From the NCBI RefSeq assembly GCF_003918875.1, contig NW_025767606.1, forward strand, positions 124,001 to 188,000: a stretch of DNA of 64,000 bases. Direction: 5' to 3'. How positions within the stretch are numbered: the stretch's first letter is position 1; each line of letters opens with the position of its first letter. Source of the DNA: Haliotis rubra (Eukaryota). Both the position numbers and the translations under genes were made by a program. The notes beneath the pieces were generated by a model. It worked only from the letters and a program-made list of their open reading frames with translations. It made no database searches and was not told the origin of the DNA. Below, in pieces: positions 12,301 to 25,800 of this stretch.

Positions 12301-13781
12301 TCTATCAAATGGCCCATCCCTCACCGTCGAATGCTTCAAGGTAGTCACTGGTACAACTGTCTGAATTTTCGAGTCCAAATTCCATAAAATCAATTGTGAC
12401 ACTATAGTCTTCATCCGCGGTGATCTTCCAGCCGACTTCAGCGTTACTAGAATAAAACAAACCCACACACTTGTATTGTTGTCACACCATCCGCAAAAAT
12501 AATGAACGTAGATTATATGGAAACCTTTCACAAATGATGAATGTTGTACTTGTTCAAAATGCTCGTGATATCAATCACTGTATCGTTTCGTCAAAATTGG
12601 TCTACGTGCGGAGTTCAACTGAAAAGTTGAAATTGTTGAAAACCCATGTTCATGTGATCCGTCGAAGCGTATTATTTCGGCCTGGTATTGATAGCCGACA
12701 TAGCGAATAGAAAGTCTGAAACGTACACATCATCTTTGAATACGAGCACTCACCTCGGGTAATAGAACGGGTAATTCGGAGAATATATGTACTTGCGGCT
12801 GTAGGAAGCAGTTAGCTCCTCGGTGTCAAAAGCTGAAAAATATGACACAGTACACATATGTAAATTTGTGCGTGCGTGTTTGTGTATGTATGTATATGGT
12901 ATATGTCACTTTATGTGACTTTGACGATAATATATGTTCTGCCCCCAAAAAAGGAAAAATGGTTATATCTGACGCAGTCTTACTTATATCCAGAAACATA
13001 AATATCAGTTATATACTTTTCTCATGTCCGCGTGCATAGGTATTTCTCCCGGTAGAATTAACTGGAGTAAAAATATATCTAACAGGGTGGGAAAACGAAA
13101 AACGCAACGGTGTAGCAAGGTATTTCCACTTATGAGCACAATTTGAAAACTACGGAACCATTATCAGACGAATGTATCAACACGTGACCTGTCCAGATCA
13201 ACTACAGCCGGGACAGGTTCACACGGTTACGTCACTTTTTTACGTGATAGATTCATCACAGACACCTCTACAATTACCAAGTTTGCATAGGATTTCAGCA
13301 TAAACAGTTCATAACGTTATTCTGACAGACCGGCATCTTTGTAAGTGGTGATGGCCGCATTATGCTCGTAACTGAGAGTGTAATGATGTGGGCTGCCATC
13401 TCCCATATCGGTAGAACGGACTTTCAGAGAAATTTAATGACACAACGTTACACAGATGGCTATCTTCCGCCACATGACCTTCCCATTATGCAACAAGCAA
13501 ACGTCCTTTGTCAACATGACACCGTCAAGTAACCATCCAAATAGCCAACATCCGATTGCGATATACGCATTAAGCTGGAAAACGCACGTTAAATCATCAT
13601 CAGCATCATCATCATCATCATCATCAATAGCTACATGTCGAGTGAATGAGTAGGTTGTCGTTGACGACAATCTGAAAGATCTTTCAGTTTCACGTATGTC
13701 ATGAGTGTCTGCTTGATATGGAATGATAGCCCAAAGTCATGAGAACCATTATTTTGAGAATTTTGATTCTCATGAGTTCTC

Positions 13782-13812
<31 letters not shown>

Positions 13813-16800
13813 CTGAGTGTGTATATATATTTATATATATATATTCGGGCATATGCACTCGCTTTAGCTTCCTATATGCGCAATAAAACGACTTAGTATC
13901 CTTTTACGACTTGCCTGCCTGAAATCGATAACTCAAACTTCGAGGCGAACAGCTTCCAAACAGAGAACACTTGCCATATATAGAACGTAAACAACTACTC
14001 CGTACATCGAAATCCGTCGCACGCGGTGTTGTCGGTGTTTGCCGAACTGGTTTCAATCACAAGTTGCGCGTATGTTTTTGCGAAGACATTAGTGTCTTGG
14101 ACTGAGTTCTATGTCCAAAAATGTTAAAGGATATTCGTCGCTCCAAGGGACATAAATCTATGGGGTACGTTTGAAATAATGTTCGACCGGTAAAGGGCGT
14201 GAGGGTATATTAATGCAACTTTGCATTAACTCATTCGAACTGTTTAATTTAACAATTGCATTCTAAATACGTAATGTTTTTGGGAATAAATTATATGGTA
14301 GCTTACCTATGGGCTGATAGTTATTATTATTGAGAGAAACTCATTATTTATTATGAGAGAAGTGTGATGTGAATAACATAAACCTGAAAAATCTCATGAA
14401 ATGTGATGGATCCATTTCAATCAACTGACCTAACAAAATTATTTGGGGATGGAGACTTGAGGACGGGCTTTTAAAACTCACATTGTGATCAATAAGAACA
14501 GGTTTATGAGTACACACGGAAAACAGCCAATATATGGATCCCTGTCCAGTCATGTTCTGCAGAGAGTATATACAACATCATATTTGCCTAGTGTTGGAAT
14601 TGCGCATCCACGTTTCTTACCCTTAAAGTGTCCCGCTTTGAGTTGCATTTGAAATCCTTTGTATCTGCTGAAAAGACCATCAGAGTAAAACCTTACGACG
14701 ATGATGTGACCGGAACTGATGTAGTCAGTGTCGTCATCGCCACAGAACCTCCCGGCCCCTGACAAAGTGCTCCGTACTACTGAGCACAAAAACGTGTTCA
14801 GACAAATCGGTAATTTACAAACCAAATGGTATGAATAGTATCCTTGTTAGATACAATTGCATATGATTATACTTTGTCGCTGCAGCGAAGTGTATTTAAG
14901 TGATACAGCTGCATACTGTCAGTTGAAAACATACAATAGATAGATAGATTAGGTTTAGAGAGTAGGAAACACGTGAAGGTCCGGATAAGAGTATTCACCT
15001 TCAGTAACCCATGCTTGTCGTAAGAGGCAACTAACGGAATGGGGTGGTCAGGCTCGCTGACTTGGTTGACACGTGTCATCGGTTCTAAGTTGCGGAGATC
15101 GATGCTCATGCTGTTGATCACAGTATTGTCTGGTCCAGACTTGATTATTTACAGACCGTCGCCATATAGCTGGAATATTGCTGAGTGTGGCGTAAAACTA
15201 AACTCACTCAATCATTTAGACAGTAGGAAAGATAACTGTAGAGATATCAAACCACGAGGTACAGCTAATGCAGGGCCTTTCTAAAACAGATACATTCTCG
15301 TGTAAAATGCTACCCCCACCCTCTCCATTCCCCGCCTTTCTTTAGCACGTTAAGTGTACATCTTGTTGTGCAAATGACACATATAAATATTGGAGTATTG
15401 GTATATGCCTATGTCACATTTTATATTATCAAATGGTTTCAAGAATAATTACCATCGTATATATCCAGGAAACCGTAAGTACACTGGGATGATGAATCAG
15501 TTTCGATCGATGTGTTCCTGATTCTAGCTTCAATGTTCGTGTTTGCTGGAGCATGTATGACCCATCTGCAATCCTGGTGGCTGAAATGACAATCATAGCA
15601 TACTAGTTTATGCCTATCCTTATCAGAGCACACGAGAATTCATAGAGGGGAATGAGAGTTTCACGTTCACGATACTGTATATAGCAAAAAAATATAATAT
15701 TCATGATGCATAGTAGCCCAGCGGTATGATGAAATTATAAGAAGAAACAAGCATTTATAATTTAAGGCTGTATGTAATGTTTTTGTTTCGTTCTGCAAGT
15801 CGTGACTATAATCTGACAGTTTTAAACTTTCAAGGTACTGTATGCTTGAATAAAGTATATAAATATCTTTGTTTTATATTTGACTTTTCGTCAGACAAAA
15901 AGTCGCTTCAGTATAATGTGTTATTTCCTTGGATTTTATATTTTCTTATCACAGATGGTGTTATCGAGCAATAATGATGCAGCTCCAACCTTTGGTGTCT
16001 ACAATTGGCATTGTAATTTTGACACACAACTGAGCATATCCGTTTCTAGGACGATGATAAAGTACTTTAAATGAGTCATCCTCAGTGAATGTCTGATGTG
16101 TCATACATCTTTCAAGGCCTTAGTCAGCTATAAGCTGTTCATCCTTGTTGTATCGATATGTTGTATCATATATGTGACTAACAGTATCGGGTTGTCAGAC
16201 TCACCGACTTGGTTGACACATGTCATCGTTTCCCAATTGCGTAGATCGATGCTCATGATGTTGATCACTGGAGTGTCTGGTCCAGACTCCTATAGCTGGA
16301 ATACTCCTGAGCAGTTAAACAGTGAATAGTGTCTGTAAATACTCAAGTCTGGACCAGACGCTCCAGTGATTAACATAATGTGCGTCGAGAGGGTCACGTA
16401 AACGAGCCTGACCAACCGATCCTGTTAGGACTAGCATGGGGTCAGAGGTCAAAATTGAGTAGTATGCCACTGTACGCATGTGCCAACTGTCACTTTCAAG
16501 TTCGTATATATGCATGTTCTTACTCTCGGTATGGTCCAGGGTAGTTAGGCGATGTTATGGTTGTGTAGTCAGTCGTCGTAATATTCAGTATCCCCCCACA
16601 GTGGTATCTTTCTGAAAAAGATTCAGTTATGTTTTAATGAGTTCATTTGAAGTTGACGCAATCTAATGAACATCATTTCAGCAAACTGACAGCATGACAG
16701 TTTGTTGTAGCAAAGTCGAAGTAGGTGGTAAAGGGTAGTTGAATCCAACGAGTACTGTATGGTACTGACAAGACAATGATCGAAATAATGGGGCATAATG

Positions 16801-19800
16801 CTTAGACTGCTATTCCACTCATAACCCTGGCTTGTAAAATCTCTCACAATGTACAACGTATATTTACTTGACATAGAGAAAGAGGGATAATTATAAAAAG
16901 GAGTATACCTTTTGTTTCAAAGTAAGCCAGTTTGAAGCCTCTTCTAAGTGATGATGCTTCTGTAAAGAAGAAAATTGTTATAGTTGAACTTGAGCTCTGA
17001 AACGTCGGTAGTGATGGGCCGCACCAGGTCAGTATTTTTCCAAAAAGAGTAAATCGTCCTGGAAGGAATAAGTATGGCAATATTACATAAGTAGGAAACT
17101 GCAAATGGTGGCAAAGAGGTGATACAGGCCAAAGAAGTGTTCCACTTTGCTGAAAGCAAGAGGTTCACGTGTGAGTAATATAATGTCAAACATTTGAAAC
17201 GATGACGATGACAAACATGTGGCAGTGAAAGAATAACTTTTGTAGCATAGACACGTTTGGAAAAAACACCTTAGAGCACAATGATGTAACTTAAAATAGT
17301 TCTTCAAAACGACTGTTCTGAGAAGGCAGAGCACCGATGAGACAAGTTTTCACTGCATAGATAATCATTGCAGAAAATTTTAAATTATAACATTTTTTAA
17401 TTATTATTTACATGTCTTGAATTCAACATATTTAATTCTAACAGTAACAATTTATCTTACGACATTCAGCCGCATTTGAAAGCTTTCAGAACGAGGTCGG
17501 TGGGATACGAAACCATTACTGACCCATGGGGGTCATGAAACTGCATCAGAGTAAATGGTGGAAGTAAATTTCGAAGGTTCAACATTACTCTTGAGATCTT
17601 GTAAACAATTGGTTAAATTCATAGATGCCAATTAAATACAATGGGTCTATGCCTCCAAATGATAAAAGGACATGTGTTACCTGCTTCATCTGAAAATGAA
17701 GAAAGTCTCAGGGCTCCTTTTCATTATATATTTTTTTTTTACTATGAACTTTTTTCAGTAAAATATGTTCATTTCAGAGACTAGTTGTTAGTCTAAGGCA
17801 TTTCGTACGACCGCCAATTCTAACCATGCCGCTAGCTCTAGTCTTATTCAGGTTGGCAATGCTGGAGTTCCCTCTGACGTCATGGGTTCGCCCATTGGTC
17901 AATTTGGGAATCCCCTCTCCTATGCTGCCGACAACATTGGCGTACACGTGAAACAGTCACTGAAGGAGAGGGTATGGAATGGTGAATACGTGGACCTGGC
18001 TCTGCTGACTGACAAACACATCGACGGCGAGGAGGAAGGTTTTCGAATGGTGACTGACAGCACAGGTAACGTAGTATTTACTCCGATGCAGGCAAAATTG
18101 TCATACATGTTCATTTCAGAGACTAGTTGTTAGTCTAAGGCATTTCGTACGACCGCCAATTCTAACCATGCCGCTAGCTCTAGTCTTATTCAGGTTGGCA
18201 ATGCTGGAGTTCCCTCTGACGTCATGGGTTCGCCCATTGGTCAATTTGGGAATCCCCTCTCCTATGCTGCCGACAACATTGGCGTACACGTGAAACAGTC
18301 ACTGAAGGAGAGGGTATGGAATGGTGAATACGTGGACCTGGCTCTGCTGACTGACAAACACATCGACGGCGAGGAGGAAGGTTTTCGAATGGTGACTGAC
18401 AGCACAGGTAACGTAGTATTTACTCCGATGCAGGCAAAATTGTCGTCACGAAAGCCACTCGGCATTGGGGCTTGGACTTCCGGCTTTCATGTTTACATGT
18501 CTGTTTACCTTGAAAAAAATTCTTCGCCTTCCGCAGTGCAGGGGATGCTGTCGTATATGGAAGGAGTACAAAATGCGGCTGTCACATTTGGGGGTGATGG
18601 CTGGATCATGTATGATAAGCAGTTTCGTTGCAGAATGGCTCGTGATCCACTGAGACAATGGGGCAGAATTGATGGTGAGTTGTGGCTACGCTACATGATA
18701 CCACAACAAAACCGGATCAAAAGTGCGTCAGGTATCGTAGGTACACAGGTTAACGGCACCAATGCTGGCAATAGTTCATTCCCGAGTAACATTTGTTGGG
18801 ATTTCAATAAGGGGTCATGTTCAAGGCTGTCATGTAGATATCCGCATAAGTGTGGAAAATGTGGCAACACCTCACACGGGGCAGCAGCGTGCATCAAAAC
18901 AAGCGGCCAAATGCATCAAAGCTTAACTTCAATGGCACCAACTCCAGTAACATTTGAAAAAATATGCCCATATTTGCTTCGTTTTGCCAGTGATAGTGTG
19001 CATAAACACCATGCAAGGTAATTGTTTTCAGGTTTTCAATCAGTTTTTCGTTTAAGGTACCAGGGTTGTCGTTCATACAGGTGGGCAGACAACTTAAAAT
19101 CAGCCAAGGCTCAAGATGGTCTACATGTTGTTCAAGCAAAACTGGATAAGGAGTTGAATTTGGGAAGAATTGCAGGGCCATTTATGAACCCACCCTTTAA
19201 GAACATACAGGTATCACCTATTGGGCTTGTGCCGAAGAAACAGGAGTTGGCAACCTCCAAAGTAATAATGGAAAAAATCACCTGATGACTTTAGATTAAT
19301 TCACCATCTCTCTTATCCACAGGGGAATTCCATTAATGATCATATTTCTCAACAGGATTCCAGCGTTACCTATGCACGATTCGACGAAGCGGTGCAAATG
19401 GCACAGAGACTAGGTCCAGGTGCATTACTGTCCAAGTTTGACATCAAGTCAGCTTTTCGCATCATTCCTGTACATCCTGCTGATTTTGAATTACCTGGTA
19501 TCTATTTCCAAGGAAAGTATAAAGTGGACACATGTTTACCTTTTGGTTGTTCAATTTCATGTTCCATTTTTGAAATGTTCAGTACATTTCTGCAGTGGTG
19601 CTTATTGCAGACACTTGCAAGCAAACAAATGATGCACTATCTAGATGATTTTCTTACAGTTGGCCGAGCGGATACACAAGAGTGCAGTGACAATCTGTCA
19701 CACTGTTTACACCTCCTTCAAGACTTAGGTGTACCAGTAGCGCCTGAAAAGACTGCCCAACCAACAACTTGCATTACGTTCTCGGGGTTGGTTATCGACA

Positions 19801-22800
19801 CAGTGGCGGGGGAGGTGAGAGTACCTCACAACAAGATTCAGGAAGTGAGGCAACAGATATTGGAGATGTTGGCCTCAGATGCAAAGAAGGTAACAAAGCG
19901 GGAATTGCAGTCACTTGTTGGTAGACTCAACTTCATTTGCAGAGCCATTCCTATGGGACGAGCATTTTGCCATAGATAATAATAATAAAAATAATGTGTC
20001 AATTTATAAAGCGCCAAACTCCACACTAGGTATGCTCATAGCGCTAACCATCAGGGTACAGCGCATTATTACCCCGGATAACCCAAGCTGCCTGTTAGGC
20101 GCTAGAAGGTTATAGTCATATGACTTTTTTCCACCGGGTACCCATTTTCCTGCTTGGTGAACAGAGACAATTTTGAACAAACTCACTTGCCTAAGGTGAG
20201 ACCACATGTGTCACATGTGCTTCGTTGTGGGGAAGGAGTCAAGCTGCCAAACCGGTCACCCATCCAAGGACGCTGCTTAACTTCACCGATTTGTGACCTG
20301 AGCTTTGAGCACAGGACCACGCGCCACCACACCAAATTAGTACAGTGAAAGCAGCCTTTCATCGCATTCGGCTCACACGCTCAGTGAAAGAAGATCTTAA
20401 CATCTGGTTGGAATTTATTTCTAATTTTAATGGAATTTCGATCTTTCAGAGATCACATTCGCATGACAATGGTACATTGCAGTTTTTCACAGATGCAGCA
20501 GGCAGTGCAGGTTTCGGAGCATACTTTCAGGGCCATTGGGTATATAGTCCCTGGCCAAAGGAGTGGGTGGAGTCAAGCGAGACCAGGGATCTAACATTTC
20601 TGGAGTTGTTTCCTATTGTTTCCTATTGTTTTATCAGACTTTGGGGCAGGTCCATTGCAAATAGGAAGGTGCTATTCAACTGTGACAATCAGGCTGTAGT
20701 TCACATTATTAACAAAGAGTCTTGCAGACCGCCGAGAGTGATGGCTCTGGTGAGAAAACTAGTCCTGTTGTGCCTCAATTATAGCATCCTCTTCAAAGCT
20801 AAGTACATAAGCACAAATGAAAATGTTATTGCTGATGCTCTTTCGAGATTTCAGTGGGCACGTTTTCGGAAAGTAGCACCAGCAGCAGATCTAACACCAA
20901 CACCAGTACCACAAGACATCTGGCAGATCTAGACCAGGAGGCACAGAGGCTTCTTCAGCAGTCACTTTCCAGCAACACATGGGCAACTTATGAAACTGTC
21001 ATAAACACCTTGCACACCTTCCGGGCAGCGCATAATCTGGATCAGGTTTGGCCGGTACCAATTGACCACATGGTACACTTCATTGCTTACATGTCTTTGA
21101 GGCAATTTTCATTTGTAAAGACATATATATCAGCGTTATCCACTTATCATAAACTTAAGGGGATAGCACATTGAACAGAGCATTTCCTGATACATAAGCT
21201 CCTTGCTGGCATGAGTAAAGGAAACACTACAACAGATATTCGCTAGCCCATTACACTTGATCTTTTACAAGTCGTCATTTCAGATTTGCCATTTGTCTGT
21301 ACATCATCCTTCGAAGCATGCCTTTTTTCAGCAGTTTTCCGCGTTGCCTTCTTTGGATTTTTCAGGGTAGGTGAATTAGTACAGAGTAAGACGGGCCAAG
21401 CAGGTATTGCAAGGAAAGATGTCATATTACAGAAAAAGTTTGGCCAAGTAACCTTGACGCTGCGACACTCAAAAGGAGACAGAGCCCAACAGGGGGTAGC
21501 GGTTACAATTACAGCAATTCCACAGTATCCACTGTGTCCTGTCAGCGGTATGGAGCAATATCTCAACATACATCCCGCACAGGCAGAGTCAGCTTTTGTT
21601 CATGTTGACCAATCTAATCTGACCAGATATCAATTTCAGGCAGTCATTAAGAAGGCTTTAGCCTTCAGTGGCTTATCCACCAAAAATTATACATCTCATT
21701 CTTTCAGGATAGGTGCCGCAACCTCAGCAGCTGCAAATGGACTGAGTCAGCAAGTTATTCAAAAATTTGGGAGATGGGGGTCAGATTCATTTAAGTCATA
21801 TATACGTTTGCCACAAATATCTATTTGACTTCAATCAAAATTTTCTGCGTTGTACAATTATGTTTCAGTATGGCTTGTGGGGTCAAGCTACCTGGCGAGG
21901 GCTCAGCAGTTTGTCTCAAGGGAGGGGTGGACATCCTGTCTGTGGCTGGCCAGGGGAGGAATGAAGTGGCAGGAACTTCTTCCCATCGTAGAGCAACAAC
22001 TTAAGTCCAGGCAGCATCCCAGGGCTATCCTATTCCACCTTGGATCAAACAACCTGGGATCGGTAAAGGCCAGCCAGCTCTACCTGGACATCCATGCTGA
22101 TCTATGGTGCGTCAAATTATTGATGCCAAAGACCACAATCGTGTGTTCTAACATGCTGTCGAGGAGGCATTGGCACAGGGCACGCTGCTTCGACGCGGTG
22201 AAAATGTCAAGAAAGAAGCCCAACAGGAGGATCTCTAACAGAGTGCTTGAGATGGGGGTTGTAATCGTGAAACACCCGGACATTACACCCAGTAGTCCTA
22301 ATATGTATTGTTGAGATGGTGTCCACCTCTCCCATGAAGGTCAGTGTAAGTTTTCTCTGGCCATCCGCGAAGCCCTTGTGCCCTATCTGTAATGCATCCT
22401 AACTAATAACGTAAGTACAGCATTAGCGTAAGTATTACATTTCCATAATTAAATGGCTGGTGAGGGAAGGAATTTTGATTCCTGGTTCATGGTCTTAGGT
22501 GGGTTTAGCACATTAGTGCTTTTGGCCTGGATTTTGTGGGCTGCAATCATTAATACTTAGGCAATATTCAAAATTATGGCAGGACGGCTCTTCAGAGGGA
22601 ATCTGTTTAACCCTTCTGCTTCTCAGCGGATAGGAATCTTTAGGCTTTGCCTTATTATTGTCAGCTTTTCAGCAGAAATGCGATTGCTCTATTTGCTGCT
22701 GGCAACATTGTTGCCCATTGCTGCTGCTGGCATCATTGTTGCCCATTGCTGCTGCTGGCAACTCAAGGCATATATAAGTATCTTCTTGCTAAAGGATGTG

Positions 22801-25800
22801 TTTCAATAATCTCATTTACTGCTTAACACTCAATGCGTTTATTGAAACCATTCACACTTACTTTCAGTTCATTCTTCCCGCTCTTTTATATTTGCTTACG
22901 TCACTTCCAGTTATGTTAATTCCAATGACGTCTTGTGTCTACTTCTGATGACGTCATCTTTTGTTCATCCATTGATTTTTTTAGATTCACACAGTTAGTC
23001 TATCCTCTTTGTATCCTGCATTAAGTTATATTTTCGCTTCCCTTCGACCCTTCCCTTGCTAGCCATCTCTTTCTTCTTTCTGTATAACAGATTGTACATT
23101 ATTGGCAAAGGGCTTGTAATGTCTATGTATATATGCCTGCGTCAATAAATGTTATGGGTGGCCTGGATCTTGTGGGCTGCAATCATTAATACTTAGGCAA
23201 TATTCAAAATTATGGCAGGACGGCTCTTCAGCCGGAATCTGTTTAACCCTTCTGCTTCTCGGCGGATAGGAATCTTTAGGCTTTGCCTTATTATGGTCAG
23301 CTTTTCAGCAAAAATGCGATTGCTCTATTTGCTGCTGGCAACATTGTTGCCCATTGCTGCTGCTGCTGCTGCTGGCAACTGTAGTTGCCCATCCTAACAT
23401 ACTCATTGTTTATTAGGGCAGCCCACAGATCAGCCTCACCTCTGACCTTGAACCCAATATTCTCTTCTTGTTATCTTTTAATGCTTTCCTTCTCAAGGCA
23501 TATATAAGTATCTTTTTGCCAAAGGATGTGTTTCAATAAATTAGAAGAAAGGAATAAAGGTGAGACGAGTATCAGTGAAATGAGGCATAACTATAGAATG
23601 TTTTTCCCGTTTACATTTGCACATAAAAAGACATAAACGTGTGGTGTTAGAAATAGATACACAAGCATATAATTATGATTATTTGAGGAAAATGTTTATG
23701 ACTAAAGTGAGTGAATACTTAACGTCACATCGGCAATACGGCAGGTATACTGTGGCGAGAATAATTACGTTTGGTTTTAGAACGCGATTCGCAAGAATAT
23801 CTGATTATATTGGGGGTATGTGTATGAGTTAAATGAGTTACATATTTAATCTCACATCCGCAATATTTTAGTCATATCGTGGCGAGAAAAATCCTGTGTT
23901 TATTTGGAATATCGTTATACTATAAAACCACGTCAACACTGGACAGTGTAAAAGAACCAGAGTATCACAGATCTGGACTTAGGTTATCATTAAAAGATAT
24001 CACTGTTCAGAGTGATGCACTAATAAAACAGGCTATTGATCCCCAACTACTGAAGCTAGACTTAAAGGGACCTACAGTAACTTGGCTACCTGCATGGACG
24101 ACATCATACATAACATCACCCCTTCAGGTCTTGGCGATTAATGAGAAGATTCTACGATTAACACACTGGTAGAGAAATTATAATACTTTAAATGACAAGG
24201 AATTTACGTACGTACCTCCTCATGGGATAATTGTTTGAAGCTATTTTAAACCCCTTTGAAGATACAGGTACAGCCACTGGCAACTTTGGTTATTTATGTA
24301 TCTACATGTACCTAATTAAAATCTCTTATCAATTACAGTGCATATTATTGCTGAAATTTATCATCGACAATCAATCATCACTTGCTTGACAATGGACCCG
24401 TGAAGGTTCGGTTAGAATTGATCTTCAGTAACCCATGCTTGTCGTAAGAGGCGACCAACGGGATCGGGTGGTCAGGCTCGCTGACTTGGTTAACACATGT
24501 CATCGGTTCCCAATTGCGCAGATCGATGCTCATGCTGTTGATCACTGAATTGTCTGGTCCAGACTTGAGTATTTACAGACCGCCGCCATACAGCTGGAAA
24601 ATTGCTGAATGCGGCGTAAAACCAAACTCACTCACTGCTTGACAACGTCGCCTTTCACAGAATAAAGAACTTGAACATTATCATCATTCTTCACTGACAA
24701 TCAATTTATTTTTTTGTAAAAAAACCCCAGATAATTAAATGTAAACTCATACTATTAAAACGATCCTTTATTGATGAGGACTTGACATATATATCCCTTT
24801 TGATGGTGGACGGGTTTGATCAAAGTTAAAGTTGATCTTGACCAACCGATGCCAGTCGTACGAGGCGAAGAACGGGATCGGATGGTCACGCTTGGTGACT
24901 TTGCTGACTTGGTAAAATGTATAATCGAAACCCAATTGCGGAGATTGATGGATGTCAATAACTGCAATGGATCAATAGATTTTTCTCGGTAGTTATGAGT
25001 TCTAAGTATGGACTTCATTTACTTACCGTTAAAACCCTCAACACCGTCCGGAACGCACGTTGCGTAAGTTTCATCTTGAGAGTATATATCCGAGTCGATA
25101 ACTTCGATGCGCACCATCATATCTGGAGTAGAAGCTGTTATTGTCCACCGACAGTCTTCATTGCTGTAAGAAGAATTCAGTTCAGTAGTATAGTCATGTT
25201 AATGAAGACTGAACTGTCTAATTTCTACTTAATTCTCTATACTATAATTTCACTTTAAATAATCGCATAAAGACAAAAGAAGCGACAAAACCTTTTCCAC
25301 ACCCATAAGAAATATCTGCTAAAAGCAGAATCGATTGTACATTCTACCATGAATCAAGAAAATACTAGATTATGATTGGTTGTTCAGAAAAATCAGACGG
25401 CATCAATTGTGGATTGACGCTCATCTGATTGTAAGGCCGCTTCACCGCGCATTGACAAATCAGTTTGACCACAATGATGGCGGATCATAACAACAACTCC
25501 ATGGATTTTGGCGCTGACTTTCGAATATTCCACATAGGCAATTGGAAATTTTTGGATTAAAAATGCGTTTGATTTCATTTCGCTTCACTGCGCATGTATA
25601 GAACACTGCCGCACTACTTCAGCCTTGACCACCAACATGACTAATATCAACACAACAGACGTGATGGAAATGCTAATAAAACATTTATTTAAACTCGAAA
25701 AATACAATTATATGATTCCCCCGACACAATTGTGAGGGAACCTCGCTATCATATTAGCTTCTTTTATGAAAATATTCAAACTCAATTACAATACACAGCC

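Larger units (their letters stand above)
17765..23539 (+). mobile_element. Ngaro/DIRS-order tyrosine-recombinase retrotransposon, decayed and 5'-truncated, antisense in intron 3 of gene A
   Basis: gag-RT-RNaseH-YR-SGNH ORF order plus split direct repeats at the 3' end (22523-22809 vs 23159-23539). Confidence 0.92.

Noticed and set aside
13590-13845. (CAT)n, (TG)n and (TA)n tracts
   Set aside because: Ordinary intronic microsatellites.
20254-20290. 5S rRNA gene
   Set aside because: Only a short, internally deleted fragment embedded in a SINE.
22576-23397. Two ORFs containing signal-peptide-like MRLLYLLLATLLPIAAA
   Set aside because: Both lie in the split direct repeats of the YR element. 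The hydrophobicity comes from GCT/TTG micro-repeats, and there is no downstream domain.
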